Virus record (IMG/VR): IMGVR_UViG_3300047551_001325
Coordinates: 1-64,000 of that record
From: a virus
Length of the DNA stretch: 64,000 nucleotides
Strand: one strand, 5' to 3'
In this document: one piece after another, positions 8,037 to 18,000 of the stretch
How the letters are laid out: each line of letters opens with the position of its first letter
Position numbering within the stretch: position 1 is the first letter of the stretch
The notes under the pieces: generated by a model
Seen by the model: only the letters and a program-made list of their open reading frames with translations
Databases searched by the model: none
Told to the model about the DNA's origin: nothing
Made by a program: the position numbers and the translations under genes

Positions 8037-8522
8037 ATGAATCAAGAATTTGACGACGAAGAATTTGACGATGAGCCAGATGAGTCTACTCCAAAAGAGG
8101 TGCAAAGGCGTAATCATCCGAGCGCTAGTGGGCGTAAGAAGCTTCCACACCTAAGTGAGCGCCAATTTTACGCACAAGACATGCATTTTACTAAAGTAAG
8201 AGAGCTTATATCCCCTGATGGTGAGCGAACACACCGAGAATACGCCATTGGTAGCGATGATTTGGACAAACCATCAATATCTACCCACATAACTCCCTTC
8301 TTTCCAGGGTCAAGTGACTGGAGTGTCACTGTAATTGGGCCAAATGGGCCTGTTAAATCACCATTTAATAGCGTTCCTACCCGTGGTAGGGCCGAAATGG
8401 TAGAACGAGGCATGGTAAGTAGGCTAGCTGGACCCACTGGAAGCACTAAAAAGTCGGCTTTAAGGCAATACGACGAGGTTCAAGATGGCATAAATGCACT
8501 TGAAAATGAAGCAAACAAGTAA
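8037..8522 (+). CDS. hypothetical protein
   Basis: 161-aa ORF, acidic N-terminus, HLSERQF motif. Confidence 0.7.
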   Translation: MNQEFDDEEFDDEPDESTPKEVQRRNHPSASGRKKLPHLSERQFYAQDMHFTKVRELISPDGERTHREYAIGSDDLDKPSISTHITPFFPGSSDWSVTVIGPNGPVKSPFNSVPTRGRAEMVERGMVSRLAGPTGSTKKSALRQYDEVQDGINALENEANK

Positions 8523-8525
8523 AAT

Positions 8526-9104
8526 TTAAGCTAAATTTGGTAATCCTGAGGTATTTTGACCATGATGGTACCAATTCCACGTAATATCGGGTATTCCAAA
8601 GAATTTTGCCCCAAAATCATGCAAACTTTTCCAAAATGGAAAGTCTTGTACTCCCCAATTACCAGTGTTAAGTGTATCTGGACAGAATTTTGCGCCAGAG
8701 TCAAGTATTAGTTGACGCCTAACTAGGCAAGTTATTGGAAAAATATGTGGGTTATTGACGTCCCATTGCCTTCCTCGGTGCATTGGGAAAGGATCAGTGC
8801 CTCCAATTACCTCAAACCATCCCCAAACAACGTCTGCGTTGTTATTTTTAGCGGTGTTTAGTAGCAATTCAAAATGATGAGGAAGAAGTTCATCGTCATC
8901 ATCTAAAAATCCTACCCATTCAGTGGTTGCCATTTCTATGGCACGGTTTCTAGTAACCCATGCACCTGACTTTTCAGTATCTAAAGTAACAACTATTGAT
9001 GATACTGGTGAAGTCTGTGCTAACACACTAGGTATAGCCCGATTTACTAAATATTGTGACCTTTTTTGTATTGATGGTATACAAACAGTAACACCATTTC
9101 CCAT
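8526..9104 (-). CDS. glycosyltransferase family 2 (GT-A fold)
   Basis: VTVCIPS, TRNRAI, GFLDDDD (DxD), QDFPFW. Confidence 0.85.
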   Translation of the reverse strand: MGNGVTVCIPSIQKRSQYLVNRAIPSVLAQTSPVSSIVVTLDTEKSGAWVTRNRAIEMATTEWVGFLDDDDELLPHHFELLLNTAKNNNADVVWGWFEVIGGTDPFPMHRGRQWDVNNPHIFPITCLVRRQLILDSGAKFCPDTLNTGNWGVQDFPFWKSLHDFGAKFFGIPDITWNWYHHGQNTSGLPNLA

Positions 9105-9163
9105 TTTTGCACCTCTTTAATGCTATATTTATACCAAATAGCATGATACTACAGGACTCTTAC

Positions 9164-9817
9164 ATGATAACTAAAGTTGACGTCATAATTCCAACAAAAT
9201 CAAACTTTACAGGATTAGTTAATTTGCTAGATAGCATAAAAAACGATCCAGCTCTAGGGCAAATCGTGATTATTGCCGACGGTGAAAATGCCTATAACAC
9301 GTTGTTAGCAATATCACAAACTTATAAATTTGATTTGTTGTCAGTACCACTTGGTATTGGCATACACAAGATGTGGAATATGGGAATGGACAAGGTTCAG
9401 CCAAACAACCAACATATCGCAATAATTAATGATGATGTTGTGTTATCACCTAATACACTATCTATATCTTGCGACATATTAAACAATAATAGCGATATTG
9501 GACTGTTGTGCCCATGGTCAGATTTGTCATTTCAAGAGTACTTTATGCCAACCTCATCATTTGCTGGTTTTTGCATGATCATGCCGGCTGATTTAGTTAG
9601 CAAATGGCGTTTTGATGAAAGAATGAAGTGGTGGTACGGTGATGACGATGTAAAAAGTTGGGTTAGTAGAGTTGCAAACAAAAAAATTGGTATAACGGGT
9701 AAATGTCACGCAATCGGCAATATGTCTCATACAATAAATGGTGATCCACCGCCAAATTTTCATGCTGCGGTAATTAACGACGAAAAACTGTACAGAGAAA
9801 AATGGGGTAACAGATAA
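9164..9817 (+). CDS. glycosyltransferase family 2
   Basis: VDVIIPT, WNMG, IINDD, FDERMKWWYGDDD. Confidence 0.85.
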   Translation: MITKVDVIIPTKSNFTGLVNLLDSIKNDPALGQIVIIADGENAYNTLLAISQTYKFDLLSVPLGIGIHKMWNMGMDKVQPNNQHIAIINDDVVLSPNTLSISCDILNNNSDIGLLCPWSDLSFQEYFMPTSSFAGFCMIMPADLVSKWRFDERMKWWYGDDDVKSWVSRVANKKIGITGKCHAIGNMSHTINGDPPPNFHAAVINDEKLYREKWGNR

Positions 9818-10326
9818 TGCATCTTGAAGTGTTTAATTGGACAAATGAAGCATTTACTAATTGGCGTAAAAACACTCTATTTGATAAATACAGTGTTTTA
9901 GAAATCGGCAGTTTAGACATTAACGGATCAATACGCTCTATTTTCTCAGATTCTTCATATTATCTTGGGATTGACATGCAAGAAGGCCCGGGAGTAGATC
10001 TAGTTGCAAACGCTTCTTCATTTATTGTAGAAGAACCAGTTGACATTGTTGTATGTTGCGAAGTGTTTGAACACACTGGTGAATGGCCTCAAATAATTGA
10101 AGTTACTTATAAAAATCTTAAAAAGAATGGAATTTTTATAGGAACCGCTGCTGGTGAAGGTAGAAAACCACACTCAGCTATTGATGAAAACCCAATACGT
10201 GATTGGGAGTATTACTCAAATGTAAAAGCCGAAGATTTGCGTGGTTGTTTAGAGAATTCGCAGTTTAAAAATATTGTTATTAACAACCTTAATAGCGATA
10301 TACGTTGGACTGCTATAAAAATATAA
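9817..10326 (+). CDS. class I SAM-dependent methyltransferase
   Basis: VLEIGS, GIDMQEGPGVD, DIVVCCEVFEH, LKKNGIF. Confidence 0.85.
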   Translation: MHLEVFNWTNEAFTNWRKNTLFDKYSVLEIGSLDINGSIRSIFSDSSYYLGIDMQEGPGVDLVANASSFIVEEPVDIVVCCEVFEHTGEWPQIIEVTYKNLKKNGIFIGTAAGEGRKPHSAIDENPIRDWEYYSNVKAEDLRGCLENSQFKNIVINNLNSDIRWTAIKI

Positions 10327-10343
10327 AAACAACAAATGTTTGA

Positions 10344-10417
10344 GCCGGATGATGCGTCCGGTTGACGCAAGGTGTCTTATAAACACCCGTAGACGGGTTC
10401 AACTCCCGTATCCGGCA
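10344..10417 (+). tRNA. tRNA-Ile(UAU)
   Basis: GCCGGAT/ATCCGGC acceptor, TGCG/CGCA D stem, GGTGT-CTTATAA-ACACC, ACGGG-TTCAACT-CCCGT, A73; atypical G8/U14. Confidence 0.82.
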
Positions 10418-10433
10418 CTGCTACAATTGTTAG

Positions 10434-10571
10434 ATGGACAAAAGCCCTGCACAACAATGTGATACGTCTACGCAGTGTGTTTACTGCGGAGGTGAGCTCG
10501 TACCCGAGCACGCGCACTATAAGTGTAAAGAGTGTGGTAGACGTGACGCATGTTGTGAAGGAGTGTATTGA
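10434..10571 (+). CDS. 45-aa Zn-ribbon microprotein, not in ORF track
   Basis: MDKSPAQQCDTSTQCVYCGGELVPEHAHYKCKECGRRDACCEGVY; TGCTACAAT extended -10 just upstream; stop overlaps the next start. Confidence 0.65.
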   Translation: MDKSPAQQCDTSTQCVYCGGELVPEHAHYKCKECGRRDACCEGVY

Positions 10572-11800
10572 TTAAAAAACTATTTGGAAGAACAATAAGT
10601 GTTTTAAGGTGGTCTTTAATAGTTTTAGCAATATTTCCCATAAATACAGCAAAAGCAGAGGCTGAAACCTACACGGTTACTGGGGCAAACGATCTGTGGT
10701 TTACCTACACAGAACCCTCAGACTTTAAGGTTCGCACTTACGCTCAGCAATATGGAATTGACTCCATGCTGTGGTTTTATAACAGCGACGGCGTACTTCT
10801 TGCCCAAAACGACGATTACTTTGGGCTTGACTCATGGCTTGAAGTCCCTGTTCAACCGGGGTCGTATAGGCTTCGCACAGGTGTTTGTTGCGGAAATCCT
10901 GACGCTTGGTATGGGACGTCATATACACTTGAATTAAACAGTACCCCAACCAACACGCCGGAGACTACAACGACATGGCCGGAAACCACAACATCCACGA
11001 CTACAACGACGACAACTTCTACTACTGTCCCCGAAACGACTGTGCCTGTCACGGAACCCCCGACAACCTCGACAACCTCGACAACTACATCGACTACCTC
11101 CACAACTACCTCCACGGTGGTGGAGACGACAACTACGACAACCACTGTGGAGACGACTGTTACATCTGCGCCCCAAACAACATCAACGATTGGGACTACT
11201 GTTGCCCCCACTGTGGCACCTTCTATCCCAGTGACAAGCACGACAAATGCCCCGACTGTGGCTATCCCTCCTCAGGTCTCGTCTACCTCCACCACCACAA
11301 CGGTCGTCTCAACATCTACGAGCACCTCCATACCGGAGTCAACCAGTTCGTCTACCAGCACGACCATACCGACGACTGTACCTGTGGACAATGGCCCACA
11401 GATTTCTGAAGAAGAAATTGTAAATTTAACTGACGAAGAATTAGATAATCTAGTAGAATCTATAGAAGTAAGTGAACTAACCGAGGAATCAATTGCTGCT
11501 GTCTTCAGCGAAGAAGTACTTAGCGAATTAACTGATGACCAGGTAGTAGAACTTATTGACGCAATCGTCCCAGAAGAACTGTCTGAAGAACAAGCCCTGG
11601 CACTGTCTGAAGCGTTAACTAACGCTCCAGATAACGTAAAAGAAGAGTTTGAAGCTGAAGTAGACGTGTTTGGTGGTCAATTTGACACGTATGTACCAAC
11701 AGGGTCTGCTGTGTCTGTAGGAACACGAAGAGTGGTAGTTGCTGCGGCTGCAGCAAGTTTTGCGATGCCCGCCCCTACGAGTTCAAGGAAAGTTAGATGA
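10568..11800 (+). CDS. exported protein: signal peptide, PPC-like beta domain, long Thr/Ser/Pro linker, acidic domain
   Basis: AKA-EA cleavage-like site; DSMLWFYNSDG.LLAQNDD..GLDS; poly-Thr tract. Confidence 0.8.
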   Translation: MIKKLFGRTISVLRWSLIVLAIFPINTAKAEAETYTVTGANDLWFTYTEPSDFKVRTYAQQYGIDSMLWFYNSDGVLLAQNDDYFGLDSWLEVPVQPGSYRLRTGVCCGNPDAWYGTSYTLELNSTPTNTPETTTTWPETTTSTTTTTTTSTTVPETTVPVTEPPTTSTTSTTTSTTSTTTSTVVETTTTTTTVETTVTSAPQTTSTIGTTVAPTVAPSIPVTSTTNAPTVAIPPQVSSTSTTTTVVSTSTSTSIPESTSSSTSTTIPTTVPVDNGPQISEEEIVNLTDEELDNLVESIEVSELTEESIAAVFSEEVLSELTDDQVVELIDAIVPEELSEEQALALSEALTNAPDNVKEEFEAEVDVFGGQFDTYVPTGSAVSVGTRRVVVAAAAASFAMPAPTSSRKVR

Positions 11801-11976
11801 TTAAGAAATTATTTAAAGAAACCTCAGCCCTATCGTGGACACTTGGAGGAACAGCTTTAGTACTAATAACACTTAGCGGTCCAACAAAAGCAGTAGGTTT
11901 GTGGATATCTGCTGTATCATTAGTAATCCACTTTCTTGGTGTGCTTTTTACTAAGGAAACGGAGTCTGAAGAATGA
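11797..11976 (+). CDS. 59-aa two-TM membrane protein, not in ORF track
   Basis: MIKKLFKETSALSWTLGGTALVLITLSGPTKAVGLWISAVSLVIHFLGVLF...; ATGA overlaps at both ends. Confidence 0.7.
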   Translation: MIKKLFKETSALSWTLGGTALVLITLSGPTKAVGLWISAVSLVIHFLGVLFTKETESEE

Positions 11977-12092
11977 AAAAAGCTGTATTATTGTTAATAC
12001 CACTACTGGCATTATCAGCCTGTTCGGATAGATATAGGAACCCTGCAGATGACCCAAGAAACCAGACAACGACAAGTGTACCAACCCCGTAA
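11973..12092 (+). CDS. 39-aa lipoprotein, not in ORF track
   Basis: MKKAVLLLIPLLALSAC: signal II with LSAC lipobox. Confidence 0.7.
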   Translation: MKKAVLLLIPLLALSACSDRYRNPADDPRNQTTTSVPTP

Positions 12093-12345
12093 ACGCTTAT
12101 CACCAGAAGATCTAGAAGCTAGAACTAGAGCAGTGGTCATTATGACACTAGCTGGCGTCCTTCTGTTCAGTGTGTGCGCCCTGTTGTATTCATTGATTTT
12201 TGTTTATCAACCATCGGAGCAAAGCCCAAATGACGCGGCATTTCTTAAGATACTTGAGCCTCTTATGTTTAGCATTGGTGGCGCCCTTACTGGTTTGGCT
12301 GCTGGGCGTGCTATGTCTGCTGGTAAAAAAGAGGATAACGAGTAA
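12049..12345 (+). CDS. two-TM membrane protein
   Basis: Hydrophobic segments flanking QSPNDAAF. Confidence 0.75.
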   Translation: MTQETRQRQVYQPRKRLSPEDLEARTRAVVIMTLAGVLLFSVCALLYSLIFVYQPSEQSPNDAAFLKILEPLMFSIGGALTGLAAGRAMSAGKKEDNE

Positions 12346-12587
12346 TGGAACCGGTGTATATCCCTATTGTTGTAGCCTTAATAGGGGGACCAGTAATGTG
12401 GTTTCTACATCGTTTTGATAAACGTAATACCCAGCAACATGGTCAAAACATGAAGGTATTAGAGCGTATCGAAACTAAGCAAGATCGTATGGACGGAAAG
12501 GTAGATCGCCTAGACGAAAAGGTAGATCGGTTAGATGGACGAGTGACAAACCTAGAGTCCGTTAAGACACGCAAGAAAAGTGTATAA
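12345..12587 (+). CDS. N-terminal TM plus coiled-coil protein
   Basis: IPIVVALIGGPVMWFL followed by KVDRLD heptads. Confidence 0.75.
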   Translation: MEPVYIPIVVALIGGPVMWFLHRFDKRNTQQHGQNMKVLERIETKQDRMDGKVDRLDEKVDRLDGRVTNLESVKTRKKSV

Positions 12588-12607
12588 TTATTAACACGGA
12601 GTCCGAC

Positions 12608-12646
12608 TGGGGTGGGCTATCTGAGGGTGGCCCACCCCACATTCTT
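12608..12646 (+). terminator. GC-rich hairpin, probable terminator
   Basis: TGGGGTGGGCTATC-TGAG-GGTGGCCCACCCCA with a weak U tail. Confidence 0.55.
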
Positions 12647-12662
12647 AGGCTAGAATGGCATT

Positions 12663-13400
12663 ATGACTAATACAGTTAACTATTCTATATCTAAAGGCCT
12701 GCCTTGGGAACGTTTGATTATTGTTCGTGATCAACGCACACATAGGGTAATTTTCCCAACCTCAGCTAGGGGCAGTATAAAAACTAGCGTTACTGGTCGT
12801 AAAGAATTCAATATTACCCTTACAGCAGAAGGTGGCATACTTTTAGGCTTAACCGAGGAAGACACCACGGACTTACCAACTGGTGAGTTGGAGTTTGACG
12901 TATTAGCAACTTACCCAAGAAAAGCCCCATATGCAGGGGCTAGCGAGGAAGTAACAAGACCAGTAGCACGGGGTACAATTAGTGTAACGGGCTTGGAAAA
13001 TATTACCCCATTGGAGGACACACAAGCTATGGAAATCAGATTCAAACAGCATGTGGACTTCCGAAGAAACTTTACCTGGAGAGACAGTGCAGGAGTAATC
13101 TTGACGGTGCAAGATGCCTTTATGCAGGCAAAAGACAGTAGTGGTACTACGGTATTAGACCTAAGATGGTATTCATCAACTCCATCTGAAGCAACTGTGA
13201 TTGGGTTAGCTGGTAACAGACGAGGGTACATTGCGCCCATAACAGGAGCAACCCTTGAACTTCATATATCTGATAAAAACACAGTACCAGCTGGTAGACA
13301 TAGTTTTGATATGTTTGTAAAAGATTCTGCCGGAGATTGGGATTGTTTGGCTTCTGGTGTAGTCGTAGTCGAAGAGGCAATATCGGTACCACCATCATGA
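12663..13400 (+). CDS. virion accessory protein with two tandem beta-rich domains
   Basis: Repeated L/F.FD(V/M) motifs; fibre context. Confidence 0.55.
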   Translation: MTNTVNYSISKGLPWERLIIVRDQRTHRVIFPTSARGSIKTSVTGRKEFNITLTAEGGILLGLTEEDTTDLPTGELEFDVLATYPRKAPYAGASEEVTRPVARGTISVTGLENITPLEDTQAMEIRFKQHVDFRRNFTWRDSAGVILTVQDAFMQAKDSSGTTVLDLRWYSSTPSEATVIGLAGNRRGYIAPITGATLELHISDKNTVPAGRHSFDMFVKDSAGDWDCLASGVVVVEEAISVPPS

Positions 13401-13819
13401 GCACTGTCGACGTCACAAAACCCGCTAATAAATACGTTACAGTTACTAAAACTCAAACCGTATCCAGTGTTGAAAAGGCAGTTGAACAGGTACTTGAGGT
13501 ACACGATCCTGGGGTTGCTGGTCCTTCAAATGTACTTACCATAGGAACTGTAACAACTGGACCCGCAGATGTGACAATAACTGGAGTGTCTCCAAATCAA
13601 GTTCTTAATTTTGTAATACCAGTAGGTGCTTCATACATACATAATCAAATAACTTCTTCAACAACTTGGACAATAAACCACAACCTTGGATTTTTCCCGT
13701 CTGTTTCTGTTGTAGACAGCGGCGGTAACCATGTTATAGGTGATGTAACATATGTATCACAAAACGTTGTAACCGTATCATTCAACTCTTCCTTCGGTGG
13801 AAAAGCGTACCTATCGTGA
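13397..13819 (+). CDS. minor tail/fibre-associated protein
   Basis: WTINHNLGFFPSVSVVDS...GKAYLS motif common in phage fibre modules. Confidence 0.65.
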   Translation: MSTVDVTKPANKYVTVTKTQTVSSVEKAVEQVLEVHDPGVAGPSNVLTIGTVTTGPADVTITGVSPNQVLNFVIPVGASYIHNQITSSTTWTINHNLGFFPSVSVVDSGGNHVIGDVTYVSQNVVTVSFNSSFGGKAYLS

Positions 13820-13825
13820 GGTCTT

Positions 13826-15070
13826 ATGTCTAAGTTTCTTACAAATATTGATTTAACTGGTAATGAATTACAGAACGTTGTAATCCATAACGCCGGCACT
13901 GCACCTACCGCCAGCGCCAAGCTAGGCGGTTTGTACTTTGACACCTCAACTGGTGTCAACAAACTTAAGTACTACAACGGTAGCGCCTGGGTTGAATTAT
14001 CAGTTGGTGCTTCTGGTACATGGCAGCCTTACGATGCCGACCTTTCTGCTATCGCAGCCCTTACTGGAACTTCTGGTTTTCTTAAGACAAACGGTTCTGG
14101 AACTTGGTCGGTTGACACCAACACATATCTGACATCAACAACTGGCGTTACTACGGTAAATGGAAATAGTGGAGCGATTACTAACGTTGCACTAACGACT
14201 GGAACCCTTGCTCAGTTTGCATCCGGCACGACACCCACCGAATTACGCACACTAATATCTGGGACTACAGGGCTTGGAAACCTTGTATTTGCATTATCGC
14301 CCACAATTAGCACCAGTATTATCACCTCCTCTACCTCTTTTGACTTAATCAATACGACGGCAACAACTGTTAACTTTGCTGGTGCAGCTACTGCCGTAAA
14401 CATTGGTGCGGCCAACAGCACCACTACAATTGCTGGCGACCTAGTGGTGAACGGTACTACCACCACCATTAACAGCACAACTGTAACAGTTGACGATCTA
14501 AACATCGTACTTGGTTCTGTCACCACCCCAACTAACACCACCGCAAACGGTGGAGGTATTACCGTTGCAGGTGGTGTTGATGGTAACAAGACCTGGAACT
14601 GGGTGTCTTCTACCAGCTCCTGGACTTCTTCGGAGAACATTGATCTAGCTGCAGGTAAGGTTCTTAAGATTGCCGGTACCCAAGTGCTTTCTGCAACTCA
14701 GTACACTGGTAACTCTTCAACTGCTACTACCGCTACCAACGTAACTGGTGGCGCTGCCGGATCGTTGGTTTACCAAAGCGGTTCTGCTACCACTACTACC
14801 TTGGGTATTGGTACTTCTGGCTACGTCTTAACATCAAGTGGTTCGGCACCACAATGGTCAAAGAAGAAGCACTCCGAAACACTCGCCTCAAGCGCCACTT
14901 CATACTCGATTACTCACGGGTTGGGCACCGCCGATCTTGTAGTAGCAGTTTACGCAGTGTCAACTGGTGAGGTAGTTTACGCAGACATAGTTAACACCAG
15001 CACCACCACAACTCTGTCATTTGCAACAGCACCAAGTACCAACCAGTACCGTGTTGTTATACTTGCTTAA
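13826..15070 (+). CDS. tail fibre protein
   Basis: Thr/Gly/Ser-rich beta repeats, GDLVVNGTTTTINSTT, C-terminal ITHGLGT. Confidence 0.7.
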   Translation: MSKFLTNIDLTGNELQNVVIHNAGTAPTASAKLGGLYFDTSTGVNKLKYYNGSAWVELSVGASGTWQPYDADLSAIAALTGTSGFLKTNGSGTWSVDTNTYLTSTTGVTTVNGNSGAITNVALTTGTLAQFASGTTPTELRTLISGTTGLGNLVFALSPTISTSIITSSTSFDLINTTATTVNFAGAATAVNIGAANSTTTIAGDLVVNGTTTTINSTTVTVDDLNIVLGSVTTPTNTTANGGGITVAGGVDGNKTWNWVSSTSSWTSSENIDLAAGKVLKIAGTQVLSATQYTGNSSTATTATNVTGGAAGSLVYQSGSATTTTLGIGTSGYVLTSSGSAPQWSKKKHSETLASSATSYSITHGLGTADLVVAVYAVSTGEVVYADIVNTSTTTTLSFATAPSTNQYRVVILA

Positions 15071-15092
15071 TAAGTCGTTTTAAAGGAGCCTT

Positions 15093-18000
15093 ATGGCTAA
15101 CTTTCTAAAGTCCCTCTTTGTTAAGGGGGTTGAAATCGATACTGCCGGTGCATCCACCGGTAACGTCCTTTCATACAACGGTACAAAGTTTGCTCCTGCC
15201 GCTCCTGGGTCTGGGTCTCTTGCATTAGACGATCTATCAGATGTTGTTGTTACTTCTCCGGAAGAGTTCCAAGGTCTTTCATATAACGGAGTATCTTGGG
15301 TAAACAGCCACATCCCGTTAGTTTCGTATGTGCGTAATGCTGAAGCCACCACTATTACTACGGGTACGTGTGTTTATCTTTACGGGGCTACCGGGGATCA
15401 CGCCTCTGTAAAAAGGGCTGACAACACCAGTGACACCACATCATCCAAAACTATTGGTGTTGCTGGTGCAGGCATCACGGCAAGCAACAACGGCCCAATT
15501 GTTACCCGTGGATATGTTGATGGTATAGACCTTTCAACTGGGTATACCGCTGGTGATATCCTATGGCTTGGAACTAACGGGTCTTTTACCAAGACCAAAC
15601 CAACATCTCCAGCGCACTTAGTTTTTATTGGTGTAGTAGTTCGGGCAACCAATAACGGTATTATTTACGTTGCTACTCAAAACGGTTATGAACTGGACGA
15701 ACTACATAATGTCAGTGCTGGGTCTCCCTCAGCGGGGGATTTCCTTAAATACAACGGATCACTGTGGGTAAACGACGCAATTGATCTTGGTACTGATACC
15801 ACTGGAAGTTACGTTGCCTCGTTGGTTGCAGGAACTGGTATTTCTCTTGCTAACAACTCCGGTGAAGGTGCTACTCCAACCATTACAAATACAGGCGTAA
15901 CGAGCATCAATACAACTTTGACTGGCGCGGTTACTGGTGTTGTGACTACTTCCGACACCGGGACAGTTACTTCCGCAATGATTGCTGATGGGACAATTGT
16001 TAATGCGGATGTAAGTACTTCTGCCGCAATTGCCCATAGCAAACTGGCAAATGCAACCGCTGGTCAAGTTCTTTTAGGAACGACAACTACTGGAGTCGTG
16101 ACTGCAACAACTCTTTCGGGAGATGTGACCATTAACGGTGCTGGAGTAACGGCTATTGGGTCTGGTGTTATAGTTAACGCAGATGTAAACGCTTCTGCCG
16201 CTATTGCACTTTCTAAATTGGCAAGTGGTACAGCCGGTCAAGTTGTGGTGGCTAATGCTTCAGGAGTGCCTACATACACCACTATTTCTGGTGATATCAC
16301 TGTATCTTCTACTGGCGTTGCAACTATTGCCGCCAATTCCGTCATACTTGGTACAGACACCACTGGTAACTACATGTCTGACATTTCAGGGACCAGCCCT
16401 GTCTCTGTATCCCATACTCCCGCTGAAGGATCATCAGCAACTGTTTCATTGGCAACTGCGTATGGCGACACCCAGAACCCGTATGGTTCTAAGACTGCCA
16501 ACTACTTCCTAGCTTCACCTGATGGGTCTGCATCTAACCCATCTTTCCGAGCAATGGTCAATGCCGACATCCCGTCAGCATTGACTTCTAAAACATACAA
16601 CGGGTTGACAGTTACTAGTACCACCGGCACATTTACTCTTACTAACACTAAAACTTTATCAGTAACCAACACCCTAACCCTTTCTGGTACAGATTCCACA
16701 ACAATGACATTCCCTGCTACAAGCAGCACTGTCATGACGTTGGCTACCCCCGGAACACTTACTGGCACTTTGACGTTGCGGGCCGGAACTGCCACTGCTG
16801 GTACAGCTCCAATGTACCTTCAAAGTGGAACAAACCTTACAACAGCAGCGGCTGGAGCTCTTGAGTTTGACGGAACAAACTTATACTTTACTCCATCTAC
16901 GTCTCGTAAGACTGTTGCATTTACGGATTCAAACATAACAGGCACAGCTGCCAATATTACGGCTTCGTCAAACACGTCTATTACTTCATTGTCCAACCTA
17001 GCAACTGTTGGAACTATCACTTCAGGTACATGGTCAGGGTCATTTGGTGCGGTTTCCGGCGCAAACCTTACATCGCTTAATGCCAGCAATCTTGGGTCAG
17101 GTACTGTTCCTTCTGCCCGCATTTCCGGTTCCTACAGCGGTATTACCTCAGTTGGTACATTAAGTGGTCTTGCTGTTGCTGGAAATATCTCTTCGCAATC
17201 CGTTACTAACGGTGACATCATACAAATAAGCCCAGTAATGGCTGGTACTACGGGACGTGCGCTTATATTAACCAACGTTGCTCTAACTGCTACTACAAGA
17301 ACTATTACATTTCCAAATGCGGATGGAACTGTTATTACAACAGGAAACCTCACTGGCATCACGGCAGTAGGTACGTTGTCATCTCTTACTGTCGATGGTA
17401 TTTCATCTACCTCAATCACCCTTGGTGACTGGAGTGGAAATGGTGCGTATTCTTCAATAGGTGGGGTAAGCGGTTATCTGCTGTTTGGGTCAACTGGAGA
17501 CAGCAATATTTACCTGCGTTCAAACAATAACAACAATGTTTACATTGGAGCGAATGATCAAAACACACTTCATGTGACAAGCAGTCAAACACTCATTGCA
17601 ACAGGTTCAGCAACAACACCAACATTGGCTATCCAAGGTGATACCAATACAGGTCTCTATTCAGGTCTTGCAGACTGGCTTAACGTGACGTGTGGTGGAA
17701 CTGGAATGGCTACCTTTACGACAAGTGGGCCGTTCTTCGGAACAAACACGACAACTTCAACGGTAACATGGCGTGTTGACACTTTTAACCGCTTAGGAAC
17801 ACCCACTTCAACACGTGAACTAAAGGAGAACATTGAGGATTTGGCAGGCGAGCAAGCACTATCGATTGTTCGAGCATTACGGCCAAGGACATTTACTTGG
17901 AAACCCCAACCGGACGATGGTGAGTTCCTTTCATCTTTGAAACAAGGGGCTGTTCAAGCTGGTTTTATCGTAGAAGAAATTGAAGAAACTACACTGCCGT

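Noticed and set aside
10344-10417. Ochre suppressor tRNA (UUA) or genetic code reassignment
   Set aside because: The 7-nt loop CTTATAA centres on TAT; TAA, TAG and TGA all end intact genes
10940-11390. ACN-rich low-complexity tract as a DNA repeat element
   Set aside because: Explained by Thr codons with varied third positions
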